In this document: piece after piece, positions 1 through 8,104 of the stretch
How the letters are laid out: each line of letters starts with the position of its first letter
Position numbering within the stretch: position 1 is the stretch's first letter
NCBI GenBank assembly: GCA_037143085.1
Contig: JBAWZJ010000001.1
Span: 1-24,084 of the forward strand
Length of the DNA: 24,084 nucleotides
From: Parachlamydiaceae bacterium
Lineage (GTDB): Bacteria > Chlamydiota > Chlamydiia > Chlamydiales > Parachlamydiaceae
Direction: 5' to 3'
Position numbers and translations under genes: made by a program
The notes under the pieces: generated by a model
What the model was told of the DNA's origin: nothing
Databases searched by the model: none
Seen by the model: the letters and a program-made list of their open reading frames with translations, nothing else

Positions 1-44
1 GTTCACAAAACTTACAACAACCTAAATAGGAGCTTGCTTCCGCA

Positions 45-1412
45 ATGGATCCAGAAAACCCTTCTCACGATGTATCATCAACTTACGACGAACATCTAAC
101 GGCTTCGGAAAAAGACGCCAATGAACAGTCCAAAAACCAATACACAGGTGACGTCGAAATCACAAAAATCGCTGAAATTCAGCGAATGAACATCGACCAG
201 CTTAACCAATTCGGTAAAAAAATCGGATTGCGGCACCTAGGCTCACTGACAAAATCCCAAATGGTTTTTGAAATTGTTAAAGCCATTTCCGAAAGACCGA
301 ATGAAATGCTCTATGGTGAGGGTGTTTTAGAGATTCTACCGGATGGTTTTGGATTTCTCCGTTCTCCAAACTACAACTATCTCCCCTCCGCAGAAGATAT
401 CTATGTTTCCCCTGCGCAGATTCGCCGTTTTGATCTTAAGAAAGGTGATACTCTGTGCGGTACAATCCGTCCGCCAAAAGAGAAAGAAAAATATTTTGCT
501 CTTCTGAAAGTCGATAGTATCAACGGAAGAACCCCTGAGAAAGCGAGAGAGCGAATACTATTCGAAAACTTGACACCCTTGTATCCTAGCGAACGTATTG
601 TCATGGAAACAACCAAAGACAAACTATCGACAAGAGTTCTCGATTTAGCTGCTCCAATAGGAAAAGGGCAACGGGGTCTGATCGTAGCTCCTCCGCGAAC
701 AGGAAAAACCATCATCCTCCAAAACATTGCTAGCGCTATTGCAACGAATAATCCTGAAATTATTCTTATCGTTCTCCTTATTGACGAACGTCCTGAAGAA
801 GTTACCGACATGCAACGGATTGTCAAAGGCGAAGTTGTTGCATCCACATTTGATGAGCCACCAGAACGGCACGTTCAAGTTGCTGAGATGGTCATCGAAA
901 AGGCTAGACGTCTTGTTGAACATGGTAATGACGTTGTCATCTTGCTGGATTCTCTAACACGTCTTGCTCGTGCCTATAACACGATTCAGCCTCATTCCGG
1001 AAAAATCCTATCCGGCGGTATCGACGCCAACGCTCTGCACAAACCAAAACGTTTCTTTGGCGCTGCACGGAATATTGAGCAAGGCGGCTCGCTAACGATC
1101 ATCTCAACAGCATTGATTGAGACTGGATCGAGAATGGATGAGGTCATCTTCGAAGAGTTTAAAGGTACAGGCAACATGGAGCTTGTGTTAGATCGTCGGT
1201 TGTCTGACCGCCGCATCTATCCTGCTATCGATTTGATTAAGAGCGGTACCCGTAAAGAGGAATTACTCTACCATCCGAACGAGCTTGAAAAAATTTATCT
1301 CCTGCGTCAAGCCGTAGCTGATCTTGCAGCTGTTGATGCAATGAACCTGCTCATTGGAAGATTGAAAAAGACAAACAGCAACGTTGAATTTTTGTTATCG
1401 ATGAAAGATTAA
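45..1412 (+). CDS. rho: Transcription termination factor Rho
   Basis: 455-aa ORF with [18 protein letters not shown]-binding motif, Walker [21 protein letters not shown] and FKGTGNMEL motifs. Confidence 0.99.
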   Translation: MDPENPSHDVSSTYDEHLTASEKDANEQSKNQYTGDVEITKIAEIQRMNIDQLNQFGKKIGLRHLGSLTKSQMVFEIVKAISERPNEMLYGEGVLEILPDGFGFLRSPNYNYLPSAEDIYVSPAQIRRFDLKKGDTLCGTIRPPKEKEKYFALLKVDSINGRTPEKARERILFENLTPLYPSERIVMETTKDKLSTRVLDLAAPIGKGQRGLIVAPPRTGKTIILQNIASAIATNNPEIILIVLLIDERPEEVTDMQRIVKGEVVASTFDEPPERHVQVAEMVIEKARRLVEHGNDVVILLDSLTRLARAYNTIQPHSGKILSGGIDANALHKPKRFFGAARNIEQGGSLTIISTALIETGSRMDEVIFEEFKGTGNMELVLDRRLSDRRIYPAIDLIKSGTRKEELLYHPNELEKIYLLRQAVADLAAVDAMNLLIGRLKKTNSNVEFLLSMKD

Positions 1413-1421
1413 GGATTCGCT

Positions 1422-2252
1422 ATGCGTAAATTGTTGATTACTATCACGACTGTTGCACTGGTTGCGGGAGCTAGTTGGTACTTTAGCTATAACGACCAAA
1501 TAGTTAACTTCGTCCAGCAATATGTTGAAAACGGTGAGTTTCTCACCTTAAAGGTGCGCCATACTGCAGATCAGATCATGGAAGCGCATAAGAAGGAACT
1601 CATCGTTGATAGTCAACATTCATATCTGGAACCTACACTTAAATTTCATCCTTATCTTCTGATGGATGTAAAATATTCTCAGCCAGGCAAAAAATCTCGT
1701 GAAGGAACAATCTTGTGGAGTCTAGTCGACGGAGAAATGGTTATTAATTCAGAGACGTGGGAAAAAACCCACGGCTTTGAAGATGCTATCAACGCCGGAG
1801 CAACGCGCAATGACTTCAAGATTATGTATGCGTTAGCAAAAAACAAAGGTTCCGCATCTGTTGACCAAATGGAAAAAGAACTGCGCGTCGACAAAGAGAT
1901 TTTGCATGGAATGATAGAAAGCGCCTTAACTAAACATCTTGTTACATTAAGAGGAAATGAGGTCCAGCTTCATTTCCAGGATCCAAAGATTCTTGTTCAA
2001 CCGGAAACAAAACTGACTGATTGGCTTGTAAAGAAGCCGTACAGTCATGAACAAAAAGTCATAGGACACTACTCTAGCTCTCAAATTCAAAAGATCGCAA
2101 AAGCTGCTTTTGGGGATGATTTTACGGTGAGAAATACGACTGAAGTGTATCTCCCCGTCTACAGTATCGAGGTACTCAACCCTGATGGGTCAACCTTCAC
2201 AACCTACTGGAATGCATTGACCGGCGACAGAATGACTTCCCGTCCTTATTAA
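1422..2252 (+). CDS. Hypothetical protein with N-terminal membrane anchor
   Basis: 276-aa ORF 9 nt after rho stop, AGGA RBS upstream, hydrophobic N-terminus MRKLLITITTVALVAGASWYFSY. Function not recognised. Confidence 0.85.
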   Translation: MRKLLITITTVALVAGASWYFSYNDQIVNFVQQYVENGEFLTLKVRHTADQIMEAHKKELIVDSQHSYLEPTLKFHPYLLMDVKYSQPGKKSREGTILWSLVDGEMVINSETWEKTHGFEDAINAGATRNDFKIMYALAKNKGSASVDQMEKELRVDKEILHGMIESALTKHLVTLRGNEVQLHFQDPKILVQPETKLTDWLVKKPYSHEQKVIGHYSSSQIQKIAKAAFGDDFTVRNTTEVYLPVYSIEVLNPDGSTFTTYWNALTGDRMTSRPY

Positions 2253-2608
2253 CCCTGCTTTCTAGCATCAACGAAGAAGGTATTAATACTCTCGTACTTG
2301 GAACGATTGCATGTATTACAGGATTTGTAGTCGGACAATTTTTCAATCAACAACCTGCCGTTCAACCCCCCGGTAGAGGATCCTAAAAAAACAGCCGTTA
2401 GACAACATTTAGAGTCCTTTTTTCAGCATCCTGTATTAGCAGCAGGCTCACGCTTAACAGCTATGTTTCGGGCTACAATAAGCTTTACTAGTGACGGCGA
2501 AAAATGAACTTTGACTAGGGCTACAACGGATGCAAACGAACTAACTTCTGTCGATATCAGAAACTAAAACGCTCTCAAAAATGTTTTTTTTTTCAGAACT
2601 CGTGACGT

Positions 2609-2691
2609 GACCTCTTGCATCACTCAAGGTTCGTCGATTTTCGGGCTCTTTTGAACCGATTTTCAACGAACCTTGAGTGATGCAAGAGGTT
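2609..2691. repeat. Palindromic MITE-like element, family B (short copy 1)
   Basis: Perfect 25-bp inverted repeat 2610-2634 / 2666-2690 (acctcttgcatcactcaaggttcgt). Left arm matches 21305-21341 at 29/37 positions. Confidence 0.85.
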
Positions 2692-2732
2692 TAATTTTGC
2701 CCGACCCCTAAACTGTCCCTGCCTTTAGAAGA

Positions 2733-3722
2733 TTAACATTGATTAAGCAGCGCTTCTTCAAGGGTGGCAAGTCCATCGCCACGCATCGCGGAAATTTCGA
2801 ACACTAGTTTTGGGTCGAGCTTGAACGTTTGGTTGAATTTTTTGATGTTCTCTTCAGACTCTTCAGCATCAATCTTATTCAGAACAACAAAATAAGGTCT
2901 ATCAAGCATTTCAGGATTATAAGCCTTCAACTCATCTCTCAATACTTTAAAATCGCTAGAAGGATCGCGTCCGTCAATGCCTGAGGCATCGAGAATAAAC
3001 AATAATAGTTTAGTTCTTTCAATGTGTCGTAAAAATTCAAAACCAAGACCACGGTTCCTGTGCGCTCCCTCAATGATCCCTGGGATATCTGCAATATAAA
3101 CACGCGTGAGGTCTTTCTTTTTGATAAATCCAATGTTAGGAAGCAATGTCGTAAAAGGATAAGGAGCTATTTTTACACGAACATGTGCCAAAGAAGAAAT
3201 CAACGTCGATTTGCCTGCGTTTGGAAACCCCACAAGACCGACATCTGCAATTAACTTGAGCTCTAACTCTACCTGAGCAGTCTCCCCTTCAGTCCCTTCC
3301 GTACAGATGTTCGGCGCGCGATTCGTCGGTGTTTTAAAACAGTCGTTACCTTTGCCGCCACGGCCACCTTTACAAATTGTCCATTGATCCTTATCTTCGG
3401 TAAAGTCGTGAAGTATCTCTCCGGTATTTTTATCCTTAACAAGGGTACCACAAGGAACCTTTAGAATCAGATCCTTTCCATTTCTGCCTTGACGGTTATT
3501 GGATGCCCCGGGCTGTCCATTTTCGCCCTTAAGAATACGACGATTGCGAAACCATTCCAAGGAATACACTTCGATATCGGATTCAAAAGTAACTGAAGCT
3601 CCCTTGCCTCCATTACCGCCACAAGGTCCACCTTTAGGGATGAATTTTTCTCGAATCCAAGCAACGACTCCGTTGCCCCCTTTACCGGCGATGAGGTCTA
3701 AAATAACACGATCAACAAACAT
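2733..3722 (-). CDS. obgE: GTPase ObgE/CgtA
   Basis: Gly-rich Obg fold (GKGGNG, GGRGGKGN), G1 GFPNAGKST, G2 YPFTT, G3 DIPG, G4 NKID; lies downstream of rplU-rpmA. Confidence 0.98.
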   Translation of the reverse strand: MFVDRVILDLIAGKGGNGVVAWIREKFIPKGGPCGGNGGKGASVTFESDIEVYSLEWFRNRRILKGENGQPGASNNRQGRNGKDLILKVPCGTLVKDKNTGEILHDFTEDKDQWTICKGGRGGKGNDCFKTPTNRAPNICTEGTEGETAQVELELKLIADVGLVGFPNAGKSTLISSLAHVRVKIAPYPFTTLLPNIGFIKKKDLTRVYIADIPGIIEGAHRNRGLGFEFLRHIERTKLLLFILDASGIDGRDPSSDFKVLRDELKAYNPEMLDRPYFVVLNKIDAEESEENIKKFNQTFKLDPKLVFEISAMRGDGLATLEEALLNQC

Positions 3723-3751
3723 GAAATACCTGATTATAAAAAAACATATAC

Positions 3752-3779
3752 CTTGACAGTGTACTAGTACACTGTCAAG
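3752..3779. repeat. Perfect 28-bp palindrome centred on CTAG
   Basis: cttgacagtgtactagtacactgtcaag equals its own reverse complement. Confidence 0.95.
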
Positions 3780-3929
3780 CTTGAATTTTGGGGTTTGGCT
3801 TGCGCGAAAGCTCCCGGGGTTGAACGATCAAAAAAGGGGTAGTATTAGTCAATACAACCCTTTTTTCGATCGATTCAACCGCGGGGCTTTGGCGCAGCCA
3901 AACCCCAAAATTCAATCTTGACAATGTAC
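3765..3929. repeat. Long palindromic element, family A (copy 1)
   Basis: Outer arms 3767-3800 / 3896-3929 pair with 2 mismatches, plus nested inner stems. Aligns with 21105-21270 with a single indel. Confidence 0.9.
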
Positions 3930-3940
3930 AGTGTCTAAAA

Positions 3941-4258
3941 TAGACCACTTACATAACTCAGAGGCTGGGAAAAAATTGGCAACCGCCGAAATTTGACCGT
4001 ATTTTTTGTCAGAATCCGAAAACTGCAAATTTTCTAACCACAGGCTGGTTAATGATTTACGATTTTCTGATTCTTGCGAAAAAGATGCCAAAGTCCGTGC
4101 ATTGACGATTTTTTCCCAGCCTCTCAGGCTCTGTCAATTTTCAACTTCAAATTGCAGGGGCAATATCAACTTTCGTATATGGCCCCTGTAATTTGAATAG
4201 AAAAGCGGGCAAAATAATCCCGAAAAAACAACGAACTCTGAGTTATACAAAAGGTCTA
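3941..4258. mobile_element. Long MITE-like structured element with family B termini
   Basis: Termini tagacc-acttacat-aactcagag / ctctgagttat-acaaa-aggtcta match the short family B copies. Internal 17-bp perfect stem 3960-3976 / 4108-4124 and 15-bp stem 4146-4160 / 4183-4197. No convincing ORF. Confidence 0.65.
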
Positions 4259-4283
4259 ATTAAGCGAATTCGCTTAATTAGAC
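4254..4283. repeat. Perfect 30-bp palindrome
   Basis: gtctaattaagcgaattcgcttaattagac equals its own reverse complement; 39 nt downstream of the rpmA stop. Confidence 0.95.
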
Positions 4284-4322
4284 ACTAAAAATGTATATCA
4301 TCGGTATATATTGAACGAGCGC

Positions 4323-4574
4323 TTAAGCTCCGGTGACGATAGAGATGTATGTTCTATCACTCTTACGGAATGCTACAATACCATCTGCCAAAGCAAAAAG
4401 AGTATCATCAGACCCTCTACCAACATTTTTCGATGGGAGCCATCTAGTTCCTCGTTGTCTAACGAGAATGCTTCCGGCTGTAACAGCCTGTCCACATCCA
4501 ACTTTCATACCCAAACGTTTTGAATGAGAATCGCGACCGTTTCGTGTAGACCCTTGTCCTTTCTTATGTGCCAT
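4323..4574 (-). CDS. rpmA: 50S ribosomal protein L27
   Basis: [24 protein letters not shown]...[12 protein letters not shown]...[12 protein letters not shown]. Confidence 0.99.
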   Translation of the reverse strand: MAHKKGQGSTRNGRDSHSKRLGMKVGCGQAVTAGSILVRQRGTRWLPSKNVGRGSDDTLFALADGIVAFRKSDRTYISIVTGA

Positions 4575-4585
4575 GCTGTCCTTCC

Positions 4586-4894
4586 TTAACTTGCAATTTC
4601 AGTAATTTTCACACGTGAGTAGTGCTGGCGATGGCCAATCTTCTTACGGTGATTTCCCGGAATATATTTAACACTTGTAATTTTCGGCCCTGCAGAATAG
4701 CCAACAAGCTCACCTGCAACAAAAGCCCCCGGAACGCTAGGTTTGCCCACAACAGCTTTTGAGCCGCTATTAACAAATAGCACTTCGGTAAATTTCACAT
4801 TGGAACCAACTTCTTCTTTAAGCAATTCCACATCGATCTCATCGCCAACAGCAACGCGATACTGTTTTCCACCTGTTTTAATAATGGCGTACAT
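4586..4894 (-). CDS. rplU: 50S ribosomal protein L21 (true start at 4894, not 5008)
   Basis: [14 protein letters not shown]...[14 protein letters not shown]; AGGGAG RBS upstream of ATG 4894. Confidence 0.97.
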   Translation of the reverse strand: MYAIIKTGGKQYRVAVGDEIDVELLKEEVGSNVKFTEVLFVNSGSKAVVGKPSVPGAFVAGELVGYSAGPKITSVKYIPGNHRKKIGHRQHYSRVKITEIAS

Positions 4895-5041
4895 TGTTCT
4901 CTCCCTTAAGAGTAAATTTCGGCTTGCTTTCCTGCAAATTTCCAGGTCGCAAAACCATTCGTTTTCATCAGAATCACCAAGGATAACGAATCGGCTGTTT
5001 GAAATCAACTGAAAAACTTGTCTTTTACAAAACCGCCTATT

Positions 5042-8000
5042 TTACCCTCTCTCTTTCCCTGGTGAAAGCCGATCCATCATCACGTAAATCACTGGTGTTA
5101 TAAAAAGAGTTATCAACTGAGAAAGGAGCAATCCCCCAATAATCACTAAACCCAAAGGACGCCTAGCCCCGGCATTCGCACCGATACCTATAGCAATAGG
5201 CAAAGCTCCAAAGATCGCCGCCATCGTTGTCATCATGATTGGCCTAAAGCGGACCATACAAGCATCAATGATAGCATCTTTTGAGTTCATCTCTCGACTC
5301 CGAATGTTTTCCAACGCAAAATCGACCATCATAATCCCATTTTTTTTAACAATACCTATCAATAATACAATCCCAAGAAAAGCATACATAGATAATGGAA
5401 GTCCAAAAAGAAGTAATACTAATAATCCGCCCAGTGTTGCAGGGGGAAGGGTACTGAGTACTGTCAATGGATGAATGAAACTCTCGTAAAGCATCCCTAA
5501 AATAATATAAATCACAAAAATCGATACTAACAATAAAATCCCTGCACTAGAAATCGACTCTTGAAATGTCTCTATCGCTCCAATAGATTGAACCAAAACC
5601 CCTGGTTCAACAACTTCCTGTTTCAATTCTTCCAGTCTATCCAACCCATCGCCTAACGAAACTCCTGAAGCAAGATTGAAATCGATGGTAACGGAAGGAA
5701 ATTGGTCAATGTGATTGACACTTGAAGGACCAAGCCCTTCGCTCCACTTGGCAGCAGCACTCATCGGTACCAATTTATTTGAAATAGAGGAACGCATCCA
5801 TAGAAAATTAAAGGTGTCTGCGCTTTTTTGTTGCTCGGGAAGCAATTCTAGGATGATGTCGTATTGATCAATCGCCGTTTCAATTCTTGTTACATAGTTA
5901 TACGAGTATGAATGCATAAATGCCGTTTCGATATCCGTTGCAGTGATCCCATAAGAGGAAGCTTGGTCTCTCAAAATATTGACGTTAATCTGTGGAGAGT
6001 CAATTTCTAGGTCGCTATTCACCCCTTGAAATGTCGGATCTCCTTGCATCCGGCTGATTAATTTTTTTGCCGACGCATACACTTTGTCTGGATAGATGCT
6101 CTGCATAGCCAATTGATAGTCTCCACGGCTCTCTTGCCCTGTTGACAAATCGATCAAAGGAATATTTTTCATAAACACCTGTATTCCAGGAATTTTTCCA
6201 ATCTGTTGATTCAACTCTTTGATTACCTCTTTAATCGGCAGCCGTTTAGTTAAAGGTTTGAGTCGAATGAGATTTTGACCTTTCCTATATTCAGAGTAAG
6301 AACTGATAGCAACGGAAGATTCAACAGCTGGATTTTCTTTGATAATATTCATCACCTGTTTTTCATATTCCAGTAACTGGTAGGAAGACCCCGCCTCCTG
6401 CGTTTGGGTGTAGGCAATGAAAAATCCATCATCTTCATCGGGAAGGAAATCGATAGGGAGATAATAAAACAAAAATATCGTAGCCAAAAGACAAGCAGCA
6501 CCAACAAATAACGCCATGTATTCATGGTCTAAAACGGGAATTAACATTTTGCGGTAGCGTTCTCTCATTCTCAGATTGACCTTGTCTCCCCATTGCGTTA
6601 GCTTCCCTTTATGTTGCGTTACAGATAGAAAACGACTACATAACATAGGAGCTAAAGATAGCGACACAATACCGGAGATCACCGTAATCGCAGTCAACGT
6701 TAAAGCAAACTCCCTAAGAATTTTTCCTAATAATCCAGACATCAATAACATCGGAATGAATACAGCCACCAGAGATAAAGTCATCGAAACAATCGTAAAG
6801 CAAATCTGTCTGGCACCTTCAATAGCAGCATTGAAACGAGACATCCCCTGCTCTTGATGGCGCACAATATTTTCCAAGACAACAATGGCATCATCGATAA
6901 TAAACCCTACGGCAAGGATTAATCCTAGCAACGAAAGATTATTCAGGGTGAACCCCAAATAATTCATCACTATAAATGTACCGACAATAGAAATTGGTAA
7001 AACAACCGCTGGGATAATCGTGTCGGCGATTTTGCCAAAATAAAGAAAAATCACAACAACAACGAGGGCTATAGCCAAAATTAATGTCATATTGACATCG
7101 CTAATCGTCTCCCTAATAGATTCAGATCGATCAAAAAACGGTTTTAATGTAACAGCCGCCGGCAATTCTGTTTTTAGAGTATCTAGAAGGGCGTGAATTT
7201 GGTCGGAAATGGCAACAGTGTTAGCATTAGGCTCTTTTTGAATCGCAAGGAGGATTGTTGGCCTAGCACCGTCTGCATCGACATACTGAACATTAATTTT
7301 ATCATTTTGAAAACTCTCCACAGCTTGCCCAAGATCCTTAATCCGCAATGGTGTGCCGTTGCGGTAGGCTACAATGAGCTGATTCCACCCCTCCCCTGTC
7401 ACAATTTGACCGTCAACAGCTACATTTGGCGCTTCAATGGCTCCGTCAAGCTCCCCTGTCGGCAAGTTTGGGTTTCCCAAACTCATCGCTATAGCCAACT
7501 CTTCTAAAGTGATATCGCTAGCGACCATCCTCGCTGGATCAACTTGGATTCGAATCGCTAAAGGAGATCCAAAAACGGTCACTTGTGAGACGCCGCTAAG
7601 CATGGAGATCCGTTGTCCTATCAAATTATTTGCGTACGTATACAGATCATTCAAACGCATGGTTTCAGAAGTTAAGCTAATATAGATGATCGGCAACTCC
7701 GCCGGATTGACTTTTCGATACGTAGGGGCATAGGGAAGCTGTGGGGGTAATGTCGGCTGTGCTGTGATGATCGCAGATTGCACATCTTGAGCTGCGATCG
7801 TCATATCCTTTTCAATATCAAATTGAAGAACGATGCTGCTGCTTCCTAGAGTATTATTCGACCCCACAAATTTCACCCCGGGAATCGCCATAAACTGTTT
7901 TTCAAGAGGTAAAGCTACCGCTTGCGCCATCGTCTCCGGTGTTGCTCCCGGGTAGGAAACGCTAACATTAATCGTTGGATACGTGACGTCTGGCATATTG

Positions 8001-8104
8001 CTAATAGGTAAATTAATGTAGGCAAGTACACCTGCAAAAACAAGAGCAACAGCTAATAATGTTGTCATTATCGGTCGTAAAATAAACGGTGCTGACAAAT
8101 TCAT
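5042..8104 (-). CDS. RND efflux permease, MdtB/MdtC-like (paralog 2)
   Basis: 1020 aa; MNLSAPFILRPIMTTLL, YRKVNPA, GFIIDDAIVVLENI, GIVKKNGIMMVDFAL, RFRPIMMTT motifs. Confidence 0.96.
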   Translation of the reverse strand: MNLSAPFILRPIMTTLLAVALVFAGVLAYINLPISNMPDVTYPTINVSVSYPGATPETMAQAVALPLEKQFMAIPGVKFVGSNNTLGSSSIVLQFDIEKDMTIAAQDVQSAIITAQPTLPPQLPYAPTYRKVNPAELPIIYISLTSETMRLNDLYTYANNLIGQRISMLSGVSQVTVFGSPLAIRIQVDPARMVASDITLEELAIAMSLGNPNLPTGELDGAIEAPNVAVDGQIVTGEGWNQLIVAYRNGTPLRIKDLGQAVESFQNDKINVQYVDADGARPTILLAIQKEPNANTVAISDQIHALLDTLKTELPAAVTLKPFFDRSESIRETISDVNMTLILAIALVVVVIFLYFGKIADTIIPAVVLPISIVGTFIVMNYLGFTLNNLSLLGLILAVGFIIDDAIVVLENIVRHQEQGMSRFNAAIEGARQICFTIVSMTLSLVAVFIPMLLMSGLLGKILREFALTLTAITVISGIVSLSLAPMLCSRFLSVTQHKGKLTQWGDKVNLRMRERYRKMLIPVLDHEYMALFVGAACLLATIFLFYYLPIDFLPDEDDGFFIAYTQTQEAGSSYQLLEYEKQVMNIIKENPAVESSVAISSYSEYRKGQNLIRLKPLTKRLPIKEVIKELNQQIGKIPGIQVFMKNIPLIDLSTGQESRGDYQLAMQSIYPDKVYASAKKLISRMQGDPTFQGVNSDLEIDSPQINVNILRDQASSYGITATDIETAFMHSYSYNYVTRIETAIDQYDIILELLPEQQKSADTFNFLWMRSSISNKLVPMSAAAKWSEGLGPSSVNHIDQFPSVTIDFNLASGVSLGDGLDRLEELKQEVVEPGVLVQSIGAIETFQESISSAGILLLVSIFVIYIILGMLYESFIHPLTVLSTLPPATLGGLLVLLLFGLPLSMYAFLGIVLLIGIVKKNGIMMVDFALENIRSREMNSKDAIIDACMVRFRPIMMTTMAAIFGALPIAIGIGANAGARRPLGLVIIGGLLLSQLITLFITPVIYVMMDRLSPGKERG

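Noticed and set aside
2461-2530. Twice-repeated gggctacaa 9-mer
   Set aside because: Too short, only two copies, and no supporting structure.
2609-2691. Simple Rho-independent terminator
   Set aside because: The 25-bp stem is long, lacks a proper U-tract and is homologous to other copies. It is better described as a repeat, though it may also terminate transcription.
3752-4290. CRISPR array or known RNA gene (tRNA, tmRNA, RNase P, SRP) in the rpmA-obgE spacer
   Set aside because: No regularly spaced direct repeats, no cas genes, and none of the signature motifs or ends of those RNAs could be found.
4895-5008. N-terminal extension of L21 in the track
   Set aside because: The canonical [12 protein letters not shown] start with an RBS is at 4894.
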